Below are positions 10,101 to 20,865 of a stretch of DNA of 21,307 nt, one piece after another. Below the pieces are notes generated by a model, which worked only from the letters and a program-made list of their open reading frames with translations, searched no databases and was not told where the DNA came from. This stretch comes from Paraphysomonas bandaiensis (taxonomy: Eukaryota > Protista > Chrysophyceae), in contig CBFFRP010000311.1 in assembly GCA_965644295.1 (NCBI GenBank), positions 1-21,307 of the forward strand, in the 5' to 3' direction. Positions within the stretch are counted from its first letter, which is position 1. Each line of letters begins with the position of its first letter. A program made the translations under genes and the position numbers.

Positions 10101-12476
10101 CATCAAGATCAGATTTCCTCCCGAGTCCTGTGAAATAGACACTGAAACAGTCATATGCTTCTTCGCCACAAGAGGTCCAGTCAATATCACCAGAGCACAG
10201 CATCGTCCTAAATACATGAAGACATTCAGATATGCTGAAAGCTGAGTCCAGTGAACCTTGTTTGATACCGGCTTTACGAAGGAAGTGGAACATGAGTTCC
10301 CTTAACTCTGGCAATGTAAATAGCCCCCACATCTTGTCTAGTTCCGAATGAGTCATCTTTATCCTGTGCGACATCCCGAAAGCAGAACGAATGAGATTTA
10401 GCCTTTTCGACACCTGTGAGCATATATTCTCGGTGATTGCCTCCGCCTGCACCCCGGTGCAATGGTTGCGCATGAAGCGCTCCAGTTCTCCCAACAGTAC
10501 GGCATGGAACCCACTTTCGGCAAGAACCTCGTCCAGACCAGGGTCTGCATGGTTGGAAAGTAAGAACTCAAGGGTAGTGATAACGCGGGCTACCCTTTTC
10601 TCGTCCACAACAGCACCTCTGCAACTCCTTAGAAGGTCGCTACATTCACTAAGGTATACGAACACTTGGCCACTCTTGCCGAAGTGCCGCAAGCATACGG
10701 ATAAAAGCTCCTCTACGTTCAGCTGACTCTTTGAGCCCTCAATGATTGGGTCATTGTAAAGAGACCACGATAGGGAAGTCACACGGCTCTTGGCGTGCTC
10801 AGAAAGTGAGCGGAAGTACTTAGCTCCATCGCCATGCATCTTATACACGAATTCAGCTACCTTTCCCAAACTTTCCTGTCCTCCAGCGCGCATACCTTCT
10901 TCTGCTAAATCCATCAACACATCAAGAGATTTGTCCTGCATATGCAAAGCAGCACTCGCCAAGAGGGAAAACACTTCATCGTGTATTTCCTCCGCATGGC
11001 TTTGCATTCCCACTTTCCATATCATACGCACAGCTTCTTCCTCTAGACGATTCTCCTCCGCCAGAAGAGTGACAAGGTGCTTGCTTCGAGACACGATCTC
11101 CCGATGAATAGATTGCCCAAATACTTTATCCAACAGCTTGTTCTCAAGCGCCCATGTGAGCAAGGAGTCTACCAAAGAGGTGGCAGCCCGGCCGTTTGTG
11201 TCATGCACGGGTAATGGTTCCAGTCTGGTTAAACATGGCGGTGGATCAATGCCACGGCAATGTGCACCAGCAACTGTAGACCAACCGAAAACTGGGGGCT
11301 CGTTCTCTTGGTCCGGTGTAGATTTATGTTGATAGTAATCAATGTCTTTGTCAGTACCGGGTTTTTCAAGGTCCGCTATTGATATAAACCACCACTTCTG
11401 CTTACTTTTCATTGTGCATCGGAAGAGGGTGAAGGTGTTGTCCCCCGGTCTCTCAGCTTGCTTCACGTAAGACGGGACCTCACCCAACTTGAATGTACTC
11501 GTGTAAATACCATTTACTTCGTCTACTCCAGCATTACGAACTAGGTATCGATTCGGTGGGGGGCGTGTTGAAATGGCCTCTCTAATGATGTCGTGAACCT
11601 GCTCCCAAGCGAAGAGCTTGAGGACAATAGACCGGCACTCCATCATTTTAAGCACATATTTCAACCAAAACGCATAAAACTCCTCCACCTTATCGTCCCC
11701 TTGTCGAGGCATCAAACACCGCAGTAAACCACTGAGAGATTCCGAGGATTCTTTCTTGACCTGCTCCTCTGGAAGATCCATCAGCTGTTGCATCACATCA
11801 GAGATTATGATTGACGATATATCTGAGGTGAGCCGGGTGTCCACGTCTTTTAAAGCTGAAAGAAGCACATAAAGTACATCAGCACCCTGCCACGACTGTG
11901 TAAGAATACTATGTACAACACGAAACCCATTCGAGTTGTAGAACTTAGCGATGCAGCTGACGCGAGTGTGTGGATCACCAGGGAAATTTGTCCAGCACGT
12001 TTTGCTCCCTGCAAAAATTTAGAACGTGTGTACAATAAAAAACGGGTCCTACCAGCGTAATATGTCGCATTCCTGTTGAACACTTTCACAAGTACATCTA
12101 AGTATCCCGGATTGACTGGCAAAATTTCAAGTATTATTCTGACACTTAGATCGAGAGAGTCTTCAATCTTGCCACGCTCAAACGCCCCTATTTTAGATGG
12201 ACTACAAGGAACACAATCATTAAAAATCAACAACAACGAAGTCATACTTTTGATCCAAAAGAATAGAAACCATTCTGAGAAAGCACTGATTCAAAAATGT
12301 TTGACTGGCTTCTGAAGATATGTTTTGCAGTGCTGATGAAAGGGAAGCTACGGAGCTCTCGTATCCCACTACAAAAAACGATATGAGCGCCAAACTAGTA
12401 ATACACAGTACGTACATGTTCCTTTTTTATCAAGTCCTTCCTTCACAACTTTGAAGAGTGCAATGTCCTCTTCCAT
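4120..12476 (-). CDS. Large ubiquitin carboxyl-terminal hydrolase (peptidase C19, USP9/USP24/USP34-like), ~2690 aa, 7 exons: 12476-12416, 12368-12248, 12201-12053, 12008-5407, 5358-5110, 5056-4884, 4837-4120
   Basis: Cys box GLKNQGCTCYLNSLIQQLF (~8038-8094), QNDASEF, Zn ribbon CDVC, LPNVLILHLKRF, and His box GVLVHSGIAQGGHYYSFIR...WYLFDD (~6860-6954). Six GT-AG introns of 47, 46, 44, 48, 53 and 46 nt join ORFs 12220-12417, 11850-12245, 5377-11868, 5083-5286, 4799-5071 and 4120-4890 into one 8073-nt frame starting MEEDIALFK. The fifth donor could instead be 5112 (same frame). Confidence 0.92.
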
Positions 12477-13117
12477 ATGTGAGAAATGATTTTTTATTCC
12501 CGTCACGGTCATAATATATTATACTGTAATCAACAACACGACGGGCTATGCTTGGTGTGTACTTTGCATATACTTGCCACAAGCTGGCGATACTTATAAA
12601 TAGCTCTCCGCTTTAGCACTTCCCGTTGATGCAAAAATACATAAGTGCTAGATATCTCTTTGATGTTAATATTTACACTGCACTGCACTGTACTGTACAA
12701 GGAAAGCTTTGGGTTTGTTCTTTTCGTGTTACGACCCAGCAGCAAAAAAACATATTCCTAATCTCAGTGTGCCAGATATGTACCCGGCGCAAACTCGATT
12801 TTTGCATCAAAATCTTTGATCTTTCTCCATTCCATCCGATCTTCTGCAGTCAAGAAAATAATAAAACTGAAAACTCTCTGCAATGCACACAAAAAAAGCA
12901 GGTGTGATGTGGCTTTGCAGACAGCAGCAGCAGTACAAGGAGCTCCTACATGCACATACTGTATATACAGCAGCATATGCATGCATATATTGTCCAGTGC
13001 TTCATCACCCCTCTTTTTCTTCATCATTTTCGATGCATACACACATATATATGTTGCAAAGACCCATACTTTGACATAGAACAATAGAACTCTTTAGTGA
13101 TCAATGGACATTTAGAA
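12477..13117. promoter_or_regulatory. Divergent intergenic region (probable shared promoter and 5' UTRs) between the USP and exportin-7 genes
   Basis: 641 bp between head-to-head ATGs. There is a possible plus-strand 5' UTR intron (CAG|GTGTGA near 12902 to TTTAG at 13097). No specific promoter motif was established. Confidence 0.4.
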
Positions 13118-16100
13118 ATGGACGCAAGTCAATTATCTCAAGTTGAAGCCTTGTGTGATGCCCTATACAATGGGACTTCCCATGTTCAGCGTGCCGAAGC
13201 GCAACAGCAGCTGCTGACGCTGCAGTCATCAGCGGAGTTTATTCCTCAGTGTCAATTTATCCTTGACAATTCATCTCAGCCATATGCTCAGTTATTAGCG
13301 AGCACTAGTCTGGAAACTTTGATCACTCAATTCTGGAATAATTTTAATCCAGAACAAAAACTCGAAATCAGGAATTACATTTTGAATTATTTAGCAAACA
13401 ATGCCCATAGTTTGCAAGACTTTGTCATTGGCAGCATGGCCAAATTGGCCTGCAGAATCACAAAATTGGGGTGGTTTAATAGTATTGAGCATCGTGAAAT
13501 TGTAGAAGAAATTACTAATTTTTTACAAGGTACAGTGGATCATCACTTAGCTGGACTTCGAATATTGAATGCATTGGTCGACGAAATGAATGTTCCCACT
13601 ACAGGAAGAACATTAACACATCACCGCAAAACAGCAGTATCTTTCCGAGATAATGCTCTGTTTCAAGTATTTCAGATTGCTCTCACCACCCTTCGACACC
13701 TTCACAACCACAGTATCCCGAATATTACACCGGATCAGGAAAAGAAAATGGCCAACTCAGCCCTCTCTCTAACCACTGCGTGTCTGTCTTTTGATTTCAT
13801 TGGAACCAATCCCGAAGAGTCACCTGAGGACGTTGGAACAGTGCAGGTCCCGAGTACCTGGCGCCCCATAGTGCAGGATACTCTTACCATGCAGCTCTTC
13901 TTTGACTTCTATCATAGCTCAGAACCCCCAAGGTCCAATCAGGCTCTGGAGGCAATCGTGCAGCTTTCGTCTGTGCGTCGATCTCTCTTCGCTGTCGAAA
14001 AAGAACGCACAGTTTTCTTGGACCACCTCATGAAGAACATTCATGATATAATGCAATCGAAAAAGGGGCTGGAACATGTGGAGAATTACCACGAGTTCTG
14101 CCGATTGCTCGGGCGATTGAAGGCGAGTTATCAACTTTCTGAACTAGTAAAAACTAGAGGCTTTGCTGAGTGGCTGAACCTTGCTGCAGATTTTACAGTT
14201 AAGTCGCTACAGAACTGGCAATACTCCATGAACAGTATTCACTACCTCCTCGCTCTCTGGAGCAGACTCGTAGCGGCGCTGCCCTATCTTCGCCCGGACG
14301 CTAGCGATGGTCAGATGTATGCACAGATGCTGCGACAGTGTGTACTACAGGTAGTGGAATCTTATATGGAGACTATGATTGGCTCTGTTGATGTCGTAGT
14401 TGAAAGCGACGGGGACATAGATGACCCTCTTGAAGACGAGGGCGCGTTGAGAGAACAGATGGACAAATTGCCAACACTCGTCAGACTGCAGTTCGACACC
14501 ATAGCGCAGTACATGATCGGGATGTTTGAGAATGTATTAGCACAGTACGAACAGGCACTATCAGTTTCTGCTCAGGGAAATCCACAGGTTGCCAAGCAGA
14601 TTAGTATTCAGGAGGGTCGTCTGACCTGGTTGGTCCATATGGTGGCGGCGGTAATCGGGTCACAGTCAAGTTCTGACTCCAGAAAGGGCGGGGGCGATCA
14701 TGTATGGGATGGTCAGTTATCCAGGTTTGTTTTCCAGCTGGTGCAGATAATGGACTATCGCCTCGACAATTCATCTGGCCAAGCCAAGTGCGACGAAAAG
14801 CTAGAGTTGGCTTGTTTGACTTACTTCAAAGCTTTTAAGCGAGCGTACTTGCAGGATACCGCGGGAATCGGGGCAATAGGCTCTCCGGCTTCAATCGGTG
14901 GAGTAGTTCCTCCATCAGGAGGTCAGGCGCATCCACTGCTCTCTCTGGCCCTTTCCTATGGTAACGATCGCAAGGAGTCAGAAATGGGAGAGTCTGCTAC
15001 GGTGAGTGTGTGTACGTTGGCTATTTATGTGTTTGTTATCCAACCTTTTTACGCGACAGGTGTTTGACACTATGGGAATTGGTGATATGAGCTCGGTAAT
15101 GAATATTATTGTCACCAAGATATGCAACAACATCCGGTACTGGCATCGATGTGATGAAGTACTCGAACAAACCTTGGAGGTGTTCGTAGACATGATATCG
15201 AGTTACAGCAGCAGTAAAACCCTCCTCAATTTAGACACAGTTAATTTTATGGTACTTAACCACACTGGGGCCCACTTTCCGTTTCTGGGTTACGATAGCG
15301 ACAACAAGTACCGCATCACGTTTTACACCGCATTAAGTCGTTTAGTTTTCACGGCAGCTGGTGGGTTGTGAAATACTATTTCTATTCTGGTTTTGATTGT
15401 GTGGTATGTGCAGAGGACCTGAATAACTCTTTCGATACCTTCATAGCTCCCAATATGGACATCATATCGCAGCTCAATCAGACCCCCAATCTAAATGATG
15501 GGGCAGTCAAGATTGCTCTGATCGGAATTTTTCGTGATTTACGTGGGATATCAGCCGCCACAAGTAGCAAACGGACTTATAACCTACTTTTCGATGCACT
15601 GTACCCGGACTGTTTCACCCTTCTCAAAAGGGCCACAGAAAGCTGGTGTGCTGACCCGGTAGTAATGACCGCAATCTTAAAATTCCTCCAGGTACTTTTT
15701 GTGCAGTTGCGTTTACTATTACTGAATTTACGTGTTCGCTATAGGAATTTGTACACAACAGAGGTCAACGAATTTACTTTGAGCAGTCATCTGCCAATGG
15801 TATTCTCCTTTTCCGTGAAACCAGTGCGGTGGTGTGTGCCTATGGCAGCAGAGTTCTTCAGCTCCCGGTGGTGCAGGATATCTATGTGGAGAAGTATAAA
15901 GGAATTCGACTGATGCTGAATGTGTTGACGTGTGCTCTATCGGGGAACTACGTGAACTTTGGTGTGTTTAGCCTGTACGATGATAAAGCGTTGCAGAATG
16001 CACTGGATGTGTCGCTGCAGATGTGCCTTCAAATTCCATTGAACGATATATTAGCCTACATCAAATTATCAAAGGCGTACTTTGGATTTCTGGAAGTTCT

Positions 16101-16663
16101 TCTCAAGAATCATTTGGATGTGCTATGCGGTTTGGACTCGCCCGTCTTCATCACTCTCATAAAGACAATTCATGAGGGACTGCAGTCAAATGGTGAGTTA
16201 TCTGCTTGTCACTTTAAACGATGTAACCTTATATCTACCAGAGGCAGCTGTTTGCGCACTTTGTGCTACATCAGTTGATCATCTTTACACCTATATATTC
16301 TTGAACCAGCGAAGAGATAAGCCAACGGTGCAAATGATAAGGAATCACATGAGCTCTGAGCCTGATATGACAGATCAGTTAATGGCAACGCTCTTTAATT
16401 CACTCATATTTGCAACCCAGTCTAACCACTGGGCGATCTCAAGGCCGATTCTCAGCCTGTTGTTGGCATCAGAGTCGTCATTTAATACGTACAAGGAGCA
16501 ACTGATATCTATGCAGCCCCCTGAAAACCGAAGCAAGCTCGTAGAGGAGTTCGAAAAGCTAACTGCTGACATTCAAACGTCTGTGGAGACTTCGAATCGA
16601 GATAAGTTTACTCAGAAACTTACTGTATTCCGGCTCAACGTTAGGCAGTTCCTTACTTTTTAG
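13118..16663 (+). CDS. XPO7: Exportin-7 / Ran-binding protein 16/17 family karyopherin, ~1110 aa, 5 exons: 13118-15001, 15060-15360, 15414-15691, 15745-16192, 16242-16663
   Basis: Importin-beta N-terminal segment (EALCDALY...RAEAQQQL...EIRNYILNYL). XPO7-family motifs: CRITKLGWF, HRKTAVSFRD, CLSFDFIGT, TVQVPSTWR, NYHEFCRLLGRLKASYQLSELV, SSANGILLFRE, GNYVNFGVFSLYDD, WAISRPILSL and NRDKFTQKL. Four GT-AG introns (58, 53, 53, 49 nt) give a continuous 3333-nt frame. Confidence 0.95.
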
Positions 16664-17236
16664 TGGCAAGTCCGTGACATGTATCTTGTGGTCTACCGTG
16701 TTTTACTGTATTTTTTGCAGGCTTGGGTCAAATTCTTGAAGCGAATATGGCAGTGGTTAGAATTAGGCTGTTATCAGTGGTCGACTCTCGTGAAGCCCAC
16801 ATGATTAGCTCAGTGTTGAAGGTGCGCATGCATTGTATGGATTTGTGCGTTGGCGCAGAATGCGATGTAGCATAGCAACTTGTCCTGTGCTTTTTCCAGT
16901 GTAGAGCATTAGTTGTGACTTGCCACCCTTTCATAATTAATTAAATATCGTTTTTAAAATGTTATATAATGGCAGAGTCCTCTACGCAAAAAATGATAAA
17001 AATTACTGTAGTTAAATTATGTTTCAAGATTTATATCAACGAGAAAGTCTCATGCTGAACAATCCCATCATCAATAATCATTTTAAAATATTGTCAACCG
17101 TCAGCCAGCTCTCGTGTAATGTAAGGCACTCACTTCTACAGCACAGTAGTGAATGTCTTATTATTAGCAATAGGCGTGTAAGAGTCAGAACTAATGTAGC
17201 AATTTAACTCACCAACTAACCAATGCATAGCTCTGA

Positions 17237-17684
17237 TATCCTACTATTTGGCGCTACGAAAGTTGCTTATGCGTCACCACAAGCACCAAATGCAACCACT
17301 CCGCTCTATCGCTCTAAACAAGCGCAGTGAGCAAGCAGAATCTACAGTATTATTGCAATATATTGCTTCTGATCCCCTCAACAAAGTCACACTCGCGCCT
17401 TTTCTGGGGGATAAGTACCGGAGAGATTCTCTCTGGGAAACTAACGTGAGCCACAAACATAGTCAGCAGATATTCTTCTGCCCACTCATAGCCGAATGCT
17501 TGTGTGGTACAAGGGACTTGTGTAGACGTCTTTGGGCCCTGACGAATAAACAGACATCCGGGACTGGGCCCACCTGAAGGGCAACCGGGGTATTGTTCAC
17601 CTTAAGAACTCAGAGCGGAAGTGATCACACCTTGGTGCTTGCGGCGACGCACAAGCAGCTTCCGTAGCGTTAAATAGTAGGATA
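17237..17684. mobile_element. Non-coding 448-bp fold-back element with ~70-bp imperfect terminal inverted repeats (MITE-like, or a structured ncRNA)
   Basis: Arm 17237-17307 (TATCCTACTATTTGGCGCTACG...CCGCTCT) matches the reverse complement of 17612-17684. The first 13 nt are identical and 46 of the first 53 nt match. The outer TA could be a TSD. It is GC-richer than its flanks and has no credible ORF. Confidence 0.6.
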
Positions 17685-19241
17685 AAAAAAGTGTGTACTG
17701 ATTAGTTACAGGTAGAGGTCTAACTAGTTTGTCTAGCATTCATCTAGCTCCTAAGTTGGTGCAGGTTTTTAACGCCTATTGCTAATAATAAGACTTTCAA
17801 TAATAATTGCTTCTGATCATACAGCTATAATCCATCGTACGTTATTTGATTTCTTTCAATGCATATATTATATCCAATGTAATATCAATAGAGCCCCAAG
17901 ACAGCAAAACCGATTTAATTCTCAGAAACTTTTAGTAATAACATAGAATACTAAACCAAAAAAGTAAACCAAGCTAGAGATAAGTAAGCTACGTTACGTC
18001 ACATTGACGTCACTGTTAGCTCATAGTATGAGGCTACATTCCAGAATCGTCTACGATTTTTCTTGTCACGTAGAGCTTTCTGATGTGTCCATTCCTTACT
18101 AGTTATGTAGTAACCTCTCATTGCTGTTTATCGTCTGCCTTTTAACAGATTGATATATATACCAAGTTTTTTTGTGGGGTCCGATATTTATTGAACAGAT
18201 GGAGCAAAATCTTGGGGAAAATTTAAGACTACTGAACAAATTATCGCAGAGGTACCCAAGGTAAAAAAAGAGCTTGTCGTAACTAGTTTGGTGTGAATGA
18301 ATGGTGGAAGCTAGCTATACCAGCGGAGTCATACGTCCACCAGTGTTTTACGAGGTTCGGTGGTTGCGTATCCGATAGCAATGTTCTTCACAAATTTTAG
18401 TATGATGGTTAACTACATCCAATTGAGTGGGAGTGCTGAGTTCTGAAATATGATGTGATATATATTGTGCAATTGAAGTGAGTTAATAGTGTGCAATAGG
18501 TGAAGTCAACTCATAGGTGTAACGGGTGATTATAGGTACAATGGAATTAAATTTAGTTACTGATGTATGACAATACAAGATATAGAACTGACTGATGAAC
18601 ATATGATAAACAGATGTTACTGAGAACAGATGTTTCATCAGATGTTACACGAATATGTAGTGAAGTGTTCAGAATTATTATTTCTTACTTGAAAGTGCAT
18701 TGTGTTCAACATAGCAAGGTTAAGGTTTACGTGTAGAGCAAAGTTAACTTCAGTCTAATGTCCAACTCTAACAATGTTAACTGTTACCTTAACTTCGTAA
18801 TTGTCCATATCATCATGGCTATTATTTCTTGCTCCGGTTGCATTTTTCACCTTGGTTGTGTGTGGAATGTAGCGAAATTCCTATTGCTATACTGATATAA
18901 TATAATACCAGCTGTCTTAGAGTGAAGTCTAAGTTGGTTTCTATATATACCCTACTTTTTCATAAGGAGCGTATTTGACATTGAATACGCACTGCGAGGA
19001 TATCTATGTGTGTACATCGTTGCTGATAAGCTCGTTAAGTAATCCGCATGAAGGTAAGGAAGTTACACTGCATAACTTGTATGAATAGCATGCTAAGTTA
19101 TAACGGGGTACAACCAAAATAGCCAGTGCAGCGAAATCCAAAATATTGGACAGCAAACACTTTACACAATACTTCATTGAAAGAGATAATTTAAACAAAC
19201 TATTATCGCTCCTAATATATACCAATGTTTACTAATGTATA

Positions 19242-20865
19242 TTATAAGCGACTGTTTTCCTCTTCATTGGCAAAAGTGTGCCAACCGCTTACAAAATTGT
19301 CCTGGACCTACGTAGTATTAGAAACACACATCACAGGACCAACAACACACCTGTTCGAAAGAGTAGTATGCGTACACTGCACCTCCAACCGTGAGAGCAC
19401 CTGCAATAACAAAAGAAGCTATTTCTAGCCCTGCTCCCTCGATGTCGTAAACGAATTGGATAGTTCCGATGAGAAAGAGAGCAAAGTCAAAGCAGCCATG
19501 TAGAACTATGGCTGGTAGAAGTATCATAAAGAGCGACATCGGCCTTTGGCCCAGTAACACCTTGGAGAGGTTTGCTGCTTGTATTACAGAGCATATAACA
19601 TGTATTGGCATCAGTACCCTGATAACTAGCACCAACAACTCGCCGATGAATACCGAGGTTCCGGGAATAGGGCTCGTAGTGGTGCCAAACACGTACTCAA
19701 TATTCTCTGACGTTGCGAACCCCAGTGCCCCAGCCATGAGATATACCAGCACTGTGTGGGGGTCAGCGAGCGGAGCAGGGAACCGACAGCATCGCACTAC
19801 GAAGTGCTTCATCGTCTCTTCTACACCAGCCGCCACCACAAAAGCCATGAGAAATAATGAGAAGACAACTAGCACAATATGCTCCTGCATAGTCTCTCTC
19901 ATACGTTCTTGTTGTTGCTCGTCCTCGTTATCTTGTCCTTCTTGTGCCGACTGAGCCAAGGACAACAAACCTGAAATCAAACGCCCTCCTGATATAATTG
20001 AAGAGGAGGATGTAGGCTTGTCATCCGACTCTGCTACCACGGCTGTTGCTATAAATGGGCCAATGACCAGAAGAATGAGAAATTGGATTACTTCCTCTAA
20101 AACCACGCTCTGAAACGTCGTGAACCAAAACCCCACAGCAAAGAGCTTAACCACCATATCAAGTGCAGCATACTGTCGCCTGGATCGCCAGTACACAAAA
20201 TACAAAATCAGTACCGGTTGTACAAAAGTGAGGAGCAATATAGCCACATTCTGCCCACGCCCTGCAACAAACAGCAGAACGAAAGAGCACACTGCAACGC
20301 AGGCACAGAGGACGAGAATAATTTTAGATGTCATTGATAGAGCCTTCACATGAGAAATAAATGACCCTCCTTCTATATGCCTGTCCCTTAAAGACGTGCC
20401 GGCGCGACCGGTGGCAATCTCATGGGCCTCTTCTTGAACCTCTATCTTCTCACCTGAACAATAATCTAGTATTAGGAAACTACTTTCATTCGCTTCGCGA
20501 GCTTCCTGGCAGACAGCGCAACATGTACAACAGAGATGTTTGAAAAAATCATCAGTGAAATCGCCCGATATTGACAACTTTGATCGAATCCGGCCTCTCA
20601 TTAACGCGCGATTGTACGCGAGGACGACAGCTCCTATAAGGGCAAAAAGTCCTCCTAGTGGCCCCCCCAACACTGTGAAGAGCATAATACCAAGCATATA
20701 TACCCAAAATATGGTCACATGTTTAAGAGAAGACCCCAGCTCAAAGGACTGTATAGTCCTGGCAGATAACATCCAGCAACACCACGTGCCCCACCAACAA
20801 GTTTCTTCATCTTTGGCGCAATCATAAAGGCCAGTCGCCCATCTACCAGATGTCTCAGGCACCAT
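19242..20865 (-). CDS. PLAC8-domain / PrsW-family intramembrane protease fusion protein, ~526 aa; exons 20865-19351 and 19307-19242, with a possible short extra 5' exon
   Basis: N-terminal PLAC8 pattern WATGLYDC..D...C..GTWCC...RGRIRSKLSISG...D...HLCCTCCAVCQEARE. The C-terminal multi-TM region carries PrsW motifs AAGVEETMK, AGALGFATSEN, RVLMPIH and LPAIVLHGCFD. A 43-nt GT-AG intron (19350-19308) adds VQDNFVSGWHTFANEEENSRL*. An upstream in-frame exon MQIVPPFS (36-nt intron 20906-20871) is possible but uncertain. Confidence 0.82.

Noticed and set aside
799-11332. Numerous plus-strand ORFs antisense to the copia and USP coding regions
   Set aside because: These are shadow ORFs of long coding frames with no independent evidence.
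12530-13084. Several 60-106 aa ORFs in the divergent intergenic region
   Set aside because: Low-complexity, UTR-like sequence with overlapping ORFs on both strands and no protein motifs.
15006-16663. Frameshifted or pseudogenised exportin-7 (several overlapping ORFs)
   Set aside because: The frame changes are fully explained by four GT-AG introns.
17533-17572. Possible hammerhead ribozyme (CTGACGA after a GGGCC stem)
   Set aside because: There is no stem II and no GAAA after CUGACGA, and the base at the would-be cleavage site is G. The core is incomplete.
17248-17577. ORFs of 109 aa (+) and 60 aa (-) in the fold-back element
   Set aside because: No recognisable motifs, the plus ORF starts at TTG, and both are probably incidental.
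17237-17684. Identification as telomerase RNA, SRP RNA, RNase P/MRP, group II intron domain V (AGCCGAATGC) or HDV-like ribozyme (GGGCAAC)
   Set aside because: I found no telomeric template, no SRP helix-8 motif, no matching P4 halves, no 3' arm for domain V and no HDV P1/P3 pairing. Only isolated short words match.
18716-18797. Weak inverted repeat AGGTTAAGG...CCTTAACTT
   Set aside because: Short, imperfect and AT-rich, so compatible with chance.
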